Assembly (NCBI RefSeq): GCF_902459465.1
Contig: NC_047076.1
Location: 248,001-312,000 of the forward strand
Reading direction: 5' to 3'
DNA from: Asterias rubens
Taxonomy: Eukaryota
DNA length: 64,000 bases
Shown: positions 25,501 through 37,500 of the stretch, in pieces
How positions within the stretch are numbered: position 1 is the stretch's first letter
How the letters are laid out: the number at the start of each line of letters is the position of its first letter
Notes under the pieces: model-generated
What the model was told of the DNA's origin: nothing
Databases searched by the model: none
The model's input: the letters and a program-made list of their open reading frames with translations, nothing else
Made by a program: the position numbers and the translations under genes

Positions 25501-28500
25501 TCATAAAGCTGTTAAGCAGAAATTACTGCTTTGCCAATTTCTTTGCTTAGCAAACATTGAGTGGGGCACCAGTCACAACAATAAGTAGGATTTGAAACTT
25601 TGCATGGTGGAGATAAGATATAGAAGAGTTTACGGTAACACCATGTCTTCTCCAGAAGACGATCAGAGCATACTGATCGAAACGTCGAGTTAAACCAACG
25701 GTTCTTTTCAGAACCACCTCAACTCATTTAGAGATCATTACATGGTGTTACCGCAAACTCTTATATAAGTCACAACAATGAAAACTTAATATACTTTTTG
25801 CGGGAGCCTGTTTCTGTTAAGTGATACTTTTTGGTGCTTAGAAAGTTCCTGTGCTTACAGGTTTTATGAAATTGACCCCGATACTAACCCATTGACTAAC
25901 CCATCTTAGTTTCTTATTATTTTCTTACCTGATACTAAGACTTTGATAGTGAGGAGGAGGATGTATATTTACCAGGTACGTGGTGTCTTAAAGAAAATCC
26001 AAACAAACCATTAGAGGAAGCACTTCATCAGTCTGTCCTCAGTTCATCCACTCGTCTCATTTTGCTCTAATAAGAGCCTTGAGAATATTTATACAGATTC
26101 AGATCGGAGCAGGGCCCAATTTAATGGCTCTGATTACCGTAAGCAAATAATCTGCGCAATTACTGAAGCAGGGAATTCTGTGCTTATGTCAAGCATATTT
26201 CATGGGTTAGCAAGGTGGCAGCAGATTTATAAAGTAAAACATAGGCAATTTTGCGCAAGAACTTTTGCTGACCATAGTTCATCTAAGTATAGTCCTAAGT
26301 GCCAATTGTGTCGCTCACCACAAAATAATGTAAGCCCTACTTATGAAAAACAATCAGATATTAGTGACACAATTCTTCATTTTTTTCTGCATGAATTTTA
26401 CTATATGGGCCTTTGGCAAATAATATGCCACACTCTTGGGAATTCCAAATTAGTCGCGACTAGTGTCGAAGTTGCGCACTAGTCGCCCAGGCTCAATTCC
26501 CAGATTGATGGAAATGTACTTTGCCATGTTTGCTGCCAACTATAGTGTTCTAAAAGCTCTCATTGTCTTCTGTAGTTGTCACTAAAAGTAAAGTTAGATT
26601 TCAGTTGCTTCTTTAGATTGTATAAAGCAATATTTATGTTTAGATTATTAATGTTGTTCTGATTTTGTTGTGTTGTTGTTCAAATCGTTGATGGTGTTGT
26701 CAATTCTATTGTTGTGTTATATTCATTTGGTTTGACCCATTTTTTTTTACACTGTTGTGTATTAGAACTGTATGCTCAGTACTTTCCTGTGAGTTCTGTG
26801 AAAATAAAATCATGGGCATATTATTCGGGTTGGATTCGAACCCACGACCCTTGCAATTCTAGAGCAGTGTCTTACCAACTAGACCACCGAGAGGCCGGTA
26901 GCTAGAGGCAGTTCGAATCCTTTGTTTTAGCAGTTGGTATTGCAACATTTTAATAGATGGAAATTTGCATCAGGGATTAGGGTGCCATTGTGTTATTGTA
27001 ATCTTTTGTTGTTCTTAGGATCAGCTGAAGCTCAGAATGCAGAGAAGGAACCGTTGTCATCATCTCGTCATCGGAATATTTCTGGCTCAAGTGACAAACA
27101 CACACCAGAACTGAATCGTGTGCAGTCTGCAATATCAGCGGCCTCAGATGTACCAGTGACAAAGGTACAGCTTGTCATCAATAATAATGAAGCAACAATC
27201 ATTTTTTTATTATACATGTATTTATTTATTTGATATCGAATTGTTGGTATCCGCAATTTACAGGTATCATTTTAAAAAAAAAAGGATATAATTATGTAAA
27301 GCGAAGTCCTATCTGTTATCCCTTAGCAATCTTGCATGATTCTTACTGAGATTTATTATTATTAAATTTTATTTTTGAAGGAGGATGAGGAAGATGTCTT
27401 GAAGAATTTTAGTTTTACTCGAGTGATGAAGATGAATTCTCCTGAGCTCCTCTACATGATCATTGGTGTTATCTGCTCAGCTTTCAATGGAGGAGTGCAA
27501 CCGGCTTTTGCAGTTATTTTCAGTCGAATTCTTGGAGTAAGCGGACTTTTCAATCAATTAACTCGACCTTCAGACTTTTAAACACCTCACGAGTCTGTAT
27601 TATTCATGAGAAAGATGTTGCAAACAACTTGCCAACTAACAGGACCAAGGGTATTAATGCAAAACAAAAGTTAATGGCCTGACGTTTCAACCCGAGCAGA
27701 GTGTCCCGATGCTTTAAAGGCAGTGAACACATTTGTTAATTGTCAAAGACCAGTCTTCTCACTTGCTGTATCTCAACAGATGCATAAAATAACAAACCTG
27801 TGAAAATTTGAGCTCAATCGGTCATCGAATTTGCGAGATAATAATGAAAGAAAAAACACCCTTGTCACATGAAGTTGTGTGCTTTCAGATGCTTGATTTC
27901 GAGACCTCAAATTCTAAATCTGAGGTCTCGAAATCAAATTCGTGGAAAATTACTTCCTTCTCGTAAACTGCATTACTTCAGAGAGAGCCATTTCTCACAA
28001 TGTTTTACACTTTTAACAGCTCCCCTTTATTCTTAACCAAGTAAGGTTTTATGCTACTAATTATTTTGAGTGGTTACCAATAGTGTCCACTGCCTTTAAT
28101 ATTCAATAATATTGGTTCTTATTATGATTTTTTTAATCTGTGGCATGTTGTGACTGAGTGGTCAAGCAGGCAGGTTAACTTGGACTTTGGTCAGCAGAGT
28201 GTTGGTTTGAGTACCGGTCTTGACACTTGTGTCCTTAAAAGCATGACACTTGATCATTATTGCTGCATCCTTTGGATGGGACATGAAGCCATAGGTCCTA
28301 TGTGTTGTGTACCTGTGGATGGGACATGAAGCCATAGGTGCTATGTGTTGTGTATCTTTGGATGGGACATGAAGCCATAGGTCCTATGTGGTGTACCTTT
28401 GGATGGGACATGAAGCCATAGGTCCTATGTGTTGTGTACCTTTGGATGGGACATGAAGCCATAGGTCCTATGTGTTGTGTACCTTGGATGGGACATGAAG

Positions 28501-31500
28501 CCATAGGTCCTATGTGTTGTGTACCTTTGGATGGGACATGAAGCCATAGGTCCTATGTGTTGTGTACCTTTGGATGGGACATGAAGCCATAGGTCCTATG
28601 TGTTGTGTACCTTTGGATGGGACATGAAGCCATAGGTCCTATCCCAGGTCGAAATTCCAGTTGAACCTAGTTAAACTGGGTTTAACTGGAACTAGTTGAA
28701 ACCAGTTGATAAACTAGTTAAACACAGTTAAAACCAGTTGCTTTAATATGGAAAATGGACAGAGACCAACTGGTTTATAATTTCAACCTAGTTGAACACA
28801 GTTAAACCTAGTCCAAACCAGTTGGTTAATATGGCTAATGGACGAGGTTGATCACTATCCAGTTGAACCAGTTGACCCCAGTTAACTAGGTACAACTGGA
28901 ATTTTGACCTGGGATGTGTTGTGTACCTTTGGATGGGACATGAAGCCATAGGTCCTATGTGTTGTGTACCTTTAAATGGGACATGAAGCCATAGGTCCTA
29001 TGTGTTGTGTACCTTTGGATGGGACATGAAGCCATAGGTCCTATGTGTTGTGTACCTTTGGATGGGACATGAAGCCATAGGTCCTATGTGTTGTGTACCT
29101 TTGGATGGGACATGAAGCCATAGGTCCTATGTGTTGTGTACCTTTAAATGGGACATGAAGCCATAGGTCCTATGTGTTGTGTACCTTTGGATGGGACATG
29201 AAGCCATAGGTCCTATGTGTTGTGTACCTTTGGATGGGACATGAAGCCATAGGTCCTATGTGTTGTGTACCTTTAAATGGGATATGAAGCCATAGGTCCT
29301 ATGTGTTGTGTACCTTTGGATGGGACATGAAGCCATAGGTCCTATGTGTTGTGTACCTTTGGATGGGACATGAAGCCATAGGTCCTATGTGTTGTGTACC
29401 TTAAAATGGGACATGAAGCCATAGGTCCTATGTGTTGTGTACCTTTGGATGGGACATGAAGCTATAGGTCCTATGTGTTGTGTAATGCACGTAAAAATAC
29501 ACTTATCGCTATAAGTAAAGGGGTTTGCTCCAGTGTTCCTGGCAGTGGCTGCTGAATGCACCATGACCTTGTAAACACAAAGTGTTACATAAATGGGTCT
29601 CGCTATTCAAAAACCTCAAACTAATGCTAAGCACTGTGATAATTAATAAAGTGCTAAACAAAAATGAGTTATTGTTGTTATTATTATTGTTTTTATATTA
29701 TTATTATTTTCTTGATTTACTTAGGTCTTTTCTTTGGATGATGACACAATACGTTCTCAGGTTGTCATATACTGCTTACTTCTCTTTGCACTTGGTGTTA
29801 TTGCATTCATTACCAATGGTTTAGGGGTAAGTACATCAACTTATTGGCCTAGCTTTTATTTCTTGTCCAGAACTGTTGATAAGAGGCAATCAGTATTTCC
29901 AAACATTTATTTGAAATTGCCCCGTACTTTGGTAACAAAACAATTGAAAGCACTTATATTTCAGCAATATCCTGTATTCATTAAGTTCAAACTACTGCTA
30001 AGTGTCTTGTCTCTTGGACCTAATTTCATGGCTCTGCTTACTGCAGAATTCAATGCTTACGTTCCTCATTCTCCGCTTACAGTAAGCGCTGAATTTCTAA
30101 ATATGCTGTCTTAACAAAGAAAATAAATTGTTTGTGATGCATTTGCTCAAGCAAAAAAATATTTGCTAAGCTGTGAAAAATATTCTTACATTAAGTGCAG
30201 ATTGTCATGCTTCTGTAAGTGTATAGATGTTTGACTGCGGTAAGCAGATTATAACCTTCAGGTGAGGTTTGCTGTAGCACCATGTTTAAATCGCTTTTGA
30301 GTTGGGATGGTTCCGAGAACAGTTCTGTCAGTTCTCAACAGAGATTTCCAAATGGTGCTAACGCAAAACCTCACCTGTTTGTATATCCCACCGGGCAAAG
30401 TTTGAAATCTTACTGAAGTTCCTCCCTCCATCTCTGTATGAATGATTGCCTTTAGAAAAAACTTTCAGAGAAGTGGGAGTGGGGTTAGAGTTAAGAATGT
30501 TTTAAAGGCAGTGGACACTATTGGTAAATACTCAAAATAGTTATCGGCATAAAACCTCACTTGGTAACGAGTAATAGGGAGAGGTTGATAGTATAAAACA
30601 TTGTGAGAAACGGCTCCCTCAGAAGTGACTTAGTTTTCGAGATAGAAGTAATTTTCCACGAATTTGATTTCGAGACCTCAAGTTTAGAATTTGAGGTCTC
30701 GAAATCAAGCATCTGAAAGCACACAACTTTGTGTGACTAGGGTGTCTTATATTTCATTCATATCTCGCAACTTCGACGACCAATTGAGCTCAAATTTTCA
30801 CAGGTTTGTTATTTTATGCATATGTTGAGATACACCAAGTGAGAAGACTGGTCTTTGACAATTACCAATAGTGTCCACTGTCTTAAAACAATGTAAGTGA
30901 AGCAAAACAAGTTTTAATATGTCATTAATATTTGCAAATTGTTGTTACCTGTAGGGTATGATGCTAGGCAAGTCAGGTGGGGAGCTTACAATGCGGCTAA
31001 GAAGATTAGCATTCAAGGCTATGTTAAGACAGGTAAGTCAAATAAATCATTATTCTGTAACAGGTCTCCTCTATAGATAAACTGCGCCAATAAAGTATCT
31101 AAACACTTACAAATGGTCAGATTTATCGGAACCTGAATTAGTGTGCAACAAAACCTTATTGGCGCAGTTTAGTTCCCGAAAGACGCCATTTAAAGCAAAT
31201 TGCATTTTGGCTTGCAGGTGCGTCAAGCGCTCAAATTACTAATGCAGTCACATCATTCACTAACCAATCATGCATTGAGTTTTATGAAATGTTTGCGTGT
31301 TGCTGTTCTCACGAGTAATGCATGATTGTGTGTTCTAAATTGCCTGTAAAGATGGCCGATTTACGTCATATTGCAACCTATCTATCTGTTTGGTAATCAC
31401 TCTTAAAATGAATGGCAAGGACAACTTTTGGCAATAGCAGACTACAACAGCTTTCAATAAAGCATTTTTAGAAATATTTTACTTCAAAGTAGTGTGGTTA

Positions 31501-34500
31501 TGTAGAAAGATATCAATTTTATTCCCCAAATTTTGAATCTCAGATTCAGATTGTGTAGCATTATTATTATTATTATTATTTATTCGGCCAAGATTTCAAC
31601 AAACAGTACAAGATACAATATTACTGTACTAAAGAAATATAACAGTATAAGAAACAACGAATGTAAACTTAAGACACCTAGAACAATTGTAAACCAATGA
31701 TTGAATGAGACAGAGCACTGGCAATCAAGCAAGACAATTATAAAAACAGACAGGACAAGCCCATTCTAAGATGGCCAGGATTAATAAAAGTGAACCTAAC
31801 CACTGTGTATTCCTATTGGGGATTAGTCTTCCCGCACGCGGACATATTCAACGATATCTTAAAAACGCAACCATCTTTTGAAATAAAATGTTCACATGTG
31901 CGTTATTGTGTACATCTACATTTCTATAGGATAAAAACAATCAAAACAGTTCCGAAAACAGAGGTTTACTTTGCCTTTAATTTCTTTAAGAAAAGTTGTT
32001 CTTGAGCACCATGGACAAAATGACTCTTGAGAGTTAAATCATTGGTAATAAGAGACGCAACTATGTACAATGACTCTTGAGAGTTAAATCATAGGTAATA
32101 AGAGACACAACTATGTACAATGACTCTTGAGAGTTAAATCATTGGTAAACCCAGGTCAAAATTCCAGTTGAACTTAGTTAACTGGGGTCAACTGGTTCAA
32201 CTGGATAGTGATCAACCTCGTCCATTTTCCATATTAACCAACTGGTTTGGACTAGGTTTAACTTTGTTCAACTAGGTTGAAATTATAAACCAGTTGGTCT
32301 CTGTCCATTTTCCATATTAAACCAACTGGTTTTAACTGTGTTTAACTAGTTTATCAACTGGTTTCAACTAGTTCCAGTTAAACCCAGTTTAACTAGGCAC
32401 CTAGAATTTTGACCTACATGTAGAAATAATAAGAGACACAACTATGTACAATGAGGAGAGCGAAGTCAAATGGAGCTGAAGCTTGACTAAGGTTGATGAA
32501 CATTGCTTTGACCAATCGTTGAGCAATACAGCAGACTTGATCGCTTGGAGGTGTTTGATTGGTCAGGCATTCCTCATCAAGTACCCACTGGTATTGATTC
32601 TGGTTGGAAATCTACATTTTAAAAACGAGAAATGAACAAACAAAGAAAAGACAATAAATCTGAGGTCAGTATAGAGATCTTTTTTACTCCGGGCTCGAAG
32701 TTGACACTGGACCCCGGCCCAGGCCTGAGGTCAGTGATTTGAGTGTCGGGCCAGTAAACTTACGACTATACAAGTTCGGCCGTCTTGTGTTTTCAATATT
32801 GACAGTTCACTGCATTTTTAAATTTTTTACTTTTGTTGAGTATTGAAGTTTTACAATGTACCCATAGAAAAAATGAGATAAAGTTTCTTTTAGTGATTGT
32901 TCCAGAAATTTTGTGGTCCTGTAAAAGTTTTGAGCTACCATATTGAGTTTATTGTCTCATTCCTTAACGTGACTGGGCAACAGAGGGCAGTGTGTGATCT
33001 GATGACAAACTTCAGAGGTAGGGTGTACCTGCACAAAATTTTAATAATTATTGAAACTGATCAAGGAACTAGAGTTAGTAATGCCTTAATATTTATAAAC
33101 AAAGTGAACAAGTTCCAAACAAGCAATCATTTGGTCACAAACGGCGATTCAAAAACGAGTTGTTTACGGGCTCTTTCAAGGCCATTGGTAAAGCAAGGGG
33201 ATCGCAAAAAACGTGTATCATGAACTTCATCGATATATGTACCTGTATGGAATTGTCGTCAAATTGTGCAATTTTTGGAAGGGGGGACAATCTTAGATAT
33301 ATGTAGAATCCTATACCAAGTGAACAAGTTGTGCAGACTATTCCCCCTTGTCACAATTTAACTAACAATGCTGTGATGGTGATTGCGCCCATGTAACCCT
33401 AACCCTAACCCTAACCCTAACCCTGGAGTGTTGTGGATTTTTTCCCCAAATCTGAGCCCTGTGATTGAAAACAACTCAAAAATTGTTTTTATGGAAACAA
33501 TTGGAATTTTGTTTGAATAAAATGAAGAATGTGATTTTACCTGTACTATTTGAACTACATCCCCATCTTCTTGTAGTGCAAGAACAAGCGGCTCATAGAT
33601 TGGGTTTGGCTGACAAACTCTTTCCAATAACTCGCACTGTCCTGCTACATTCCTTCGTGCGGGTCCGTCTTCGCTTCGTCCAGAAATGTTTCGCTCACCT
33701 TGTGGGAGTCCCAAATTAAATATCCATGGGAAGTTACGAATGATTTGATTTTCTTGGTTGCGAGTGAGCTGAACTATTGGGATCTGATGAACTCTGTCAT
33801 ACACCAACTGTGGATTTCCTTCCATGGCTTTAATGATATCTCGTTGGTTCTCTATTTGCTGTAATTGGTTGGTATTTAGAGGACTGATTGACTGTGCGGA
33901 GCATGTTGGGCAGCACTGCAATGATGAAACCTCGTTTGGTAGCGTCAATAAGAGAATGAAAACTGGTAGATACCAACTCAGCATCGTTGTAGCTTGTCAG
34001 AGATTTCAAGCAGGAGACTTTAATTCACAACTCTCAGTCGAACAATGTTAGACTAGAAATGGATTGCTCAGTAGATATGGTAAACAATGTCTGAACTGTT
34101 GGGAAATTCTCATTTACAACATGTGACCAGAAGGAAATAGTGACACTCAGTGTTAAAAATGTGCAGAGTAATAGTGATGTCATGTCATGCACTGTTTATT
34201 GTTAAAATGTTCATTCCTGTTTTCAATGAAATAAAGAATTTGCGTGTGACTGTATGCTTACTGGAGATCTGTAGGCGTATGTGTGACTGCACAAACAGAT
34301 ACGAACCATAACCACAAAGGTCCTTTGTCATTTAAATAAGCTTAGTCTGGGGAAACCAACCTTCAATAATTCAAGTATACATCAAGTGTTTTTTTAATGA
34401 CTCAAACCGTATGGTAAATTCTATGCTAAGAGTGCTTAAAGGAAATTATTTACAATGGAAATGATTCAGCATTTTGAAAAAGAATAAAACATTCTCAGAC

Positions 34501-37500
34501 TAAATTGTCTGCATTATTGTTGACTGGAACCCTTTACTAAAAATGCATCCTTGACCACAAGAATTAAGATACACAACTTTGCACAGGAACATGACTAAAA
34601 CCATTCATGAAGGTGTTGATATTGATAAACAGTGATGTAAAGCGCTCAGCGACGCAGCAAATCTGATCATCTTGAAGAGACGGCTGAAGAGTGTTATGTA
34701 CAGTACCTCAGCAAGTAGTATTTTAAGAGAAGCTTTTTACCATCGTTATCTTTAAACTGTGTCAACTTGATGTAAATCTGTGGACATGGTGTTTTGTGTC
34801 TTACAAAAAGGACCCAATCGTTTTAAACATGCTCTTCCTGTGTCAGTAAAGTAATATCCCAGTCTCGTTCCTTGTATTTCTAGGATGTTGCTTTCTTCGA
34901 TGATCACAAAAACAGCAGCGGAATTCTAACAACTAGGCTCTCGACAGAAGCTTCACAGATTCAGGGGGTGAGGGAAACTGAATGTGATAATTGCAATGTT
35001 TTTTATACTATTTTTCCTTTGGCACACAGAGAATGTATTTGTTTTGATACTAGCGTCAGACTTTCTTGTAAAAAAATAGTAAATTACAAAGAAGAAAAAA
35101 AAGGCATAGATTTTTGGTTTTTAAGAAAATGGCAAATGGAAAAATTGTGTGCCTCCTTATGCACCTCCACGAGTCCCCTATTGAACCCTAGTTCAGGAAG
35201 AAGATTGAAAGAAATGAAACACTGAGCTATCATTTATCCTTCCCTTTGCTCATCTTATCTTGATAGGTGACTGGTGATCGATTTGGGTTTATATCTCAAG
35301 GATTCTTCAACATCGGTGTTGCTATCATCATTGCGTTTATCTTTGGTTGGCAGTTGACATTACTCGTCTTAACTTTTCTTCCATTCATTGCCTCTGCTAG
35401 TCTACTCCAACTTAAGTTCCAACAAGGCAACGTCAAATCTCAGAAATCTAGTCAGGAAAGCATTGGAAAGGTAGGACACAATTTGTTGGGAAATATCAAA
35501 AGTTTTTTTATAAATTGTTAGGCACCCAGGAGCTGCGGAGCATTATCCATGGATGGATGCTATATAAATTATCATTATTATTCGTTTATTTGTTTGTTTG
35601 AAGAACCATTGACTCTTTTTATGAAAGCAATTATCGCTTGGAGTGCTTTCTGGCTGCTGCCAATTATAGCGTTAAATGGTTTTCCAGCAAAGTACCCAAA
35701 CTGCTTGCCAATATATTTTATTCTTTCATTAGTCTGCGTTTCTTTTAATCCCCTATGTAGGGTTAAAGTTTTGCATAAATCTATGGAGGTGGAGAATCTC
35801 AAATATCTTTTTTGGAATAGATTGTTGATTTGAAAAAAACGTTGTTGCTTTAAGCCTGGTTCGTACTTCCTGTAGATGCGATGACAATTTTGATGTCACA
35901 AATTCGGATGAGTTGAAATGTGCTCATTTGCTGGGAAACATTTGCTGCGAAACAGCCCTGTGATGTAAAAACTTGTATCGCATTGCAGGGAGTCTGAAGC
36001 GAGCTTTATTGTCAATGATTTGACTTGTGTGGTCTAGACCTCATAATGAGATTGAATCCTGGCTGTAACCAATTATTATGTCATCTCTTTTAAACAGATC
36101 GTCACTGAAACCATTGAGAATATTCGGACTGTGGCTAGTTTGACACTGGAGCCAAAATTCAATGAGCAACATACAGAGTTTCTCGCCAAACCTCACAAGT
36201 AAATATTTCACTTTAGTTATTTTGTATTTAGAAATTTAATAAAATAAACAAATGTATTAAGAAGGATTAAGCTGTGTTTGACATATTTGAAAAGTTAACA
36301 GTTTCAAAGTCGTTGGTTCAAATCCCACCCAAGTAATATGCTCGGGAAAGTATGTAGTATTCAGCGCTTACACACATTGGTGTATGGCTAAAACCAAAAT
36401 GAGTATACAAGTCATAAAGTATGTAGTATACAGCGCTTACACACATTGGTGTTTGGCTAAAACCAAAATTAGTATACAAGTCATATACACGCATGATATT
36501 CTTCCTATATAAGTCTGATTTCTGATTTGTTTGTCCCTCAGAATAATCAGCCAAATTGTTATTAAATAGCCTGATAAGATCATACCATCATGTAGGTCCC
36601 AGCCGCTGTTTTCTCAGTCATATGTCATCCATTTTTCAAAGGGTCAAGTATCATGTTTCTTTGAAGATTGAAAGTTAGTTTGCATAGAGAGAGGTTCATT
36701 ATAAGTCATTAAATGAAAACAGTTCCATAATTTAGAGCGACGGCACATCATTCCGGAGGTTGTTGATTCAATCCCGCTCTAGAAAGTTTTTCTTTGTTCA
36801 ACCCCAAATACTTGAATTCTTGTACCGTTTGATGATTGATTAGGACGAGTTTGAGGGATGCTCATCTATCTGGAGTTGCTTACGGTGCGTCTCAGTGTGT
36901 CATCTTCTTTGCTTATGCAGCAGCATTTCGCTATGGTGGCTGGCTTGTTGAAAATGGACACATGCAATTTGAGAACATCTTCCTGTGAGTATAAAAACAG
37001 ATCCTTGGGTTTTATTGTAACCTCAATGAAAATCCAAGCTGTCTAGTTGACTCATTTAGCAATACCTTGTTTTTAATTTTGTTTAAAAGACATGTTTGGT
37101 ATTTACTAAAATATATATTAGCATAAAAACTTACTTGGTAACGAGCAATGGGGAGCTGTTGATAGTATAAAACATTGTGAACAAAGACTCCCTCTGAAGT
37201 AAAGTAGTTTTTGAGAAGTATTTCTTACTAAAATATTTGAATCTGAAAAAGACTTAAGGGAGTGAAGGGTATGTTTGTAGCTTCTAGAATGTGCAATTAT
37301 AGAACAGAGGAGTTTGCCCTAGTGTTCCTGGTTTGATTGGCACCATTAAGCAACTTGTAAACCATTACATGGTGCTATGTAAAAAGGAGTAGGTCTCATA
37401 ATTCAAATGTAGTCCCACATACCTTGCAGGAAAATACTGAATGTTGAAGTACCTTGAGCCCTTCCAGAGCGTCACGGATGTGAGCGCTATATAAGAAGCC

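Noticed and set aside
28270-29484. CRISPR-like regular repeats (also 17429, 47840, 51089)
   Set aside because: Units are contiguous with no unique spacers, there are no cas genes, and the context is eukaryotic introns.
31560-31790. Possible reverse-strand LINE tail after a (TTA)n run
   Set aside because: No translatable RT remnant found, so the family cannot be supported.
33358-33540. C-terminal part of the 208-aa ORF (VKSHSS...[10 protein letters not shown])
   Set aside because: Intronic read-through past the donor at 33541. The GL repeat is just (TAACCC)5.
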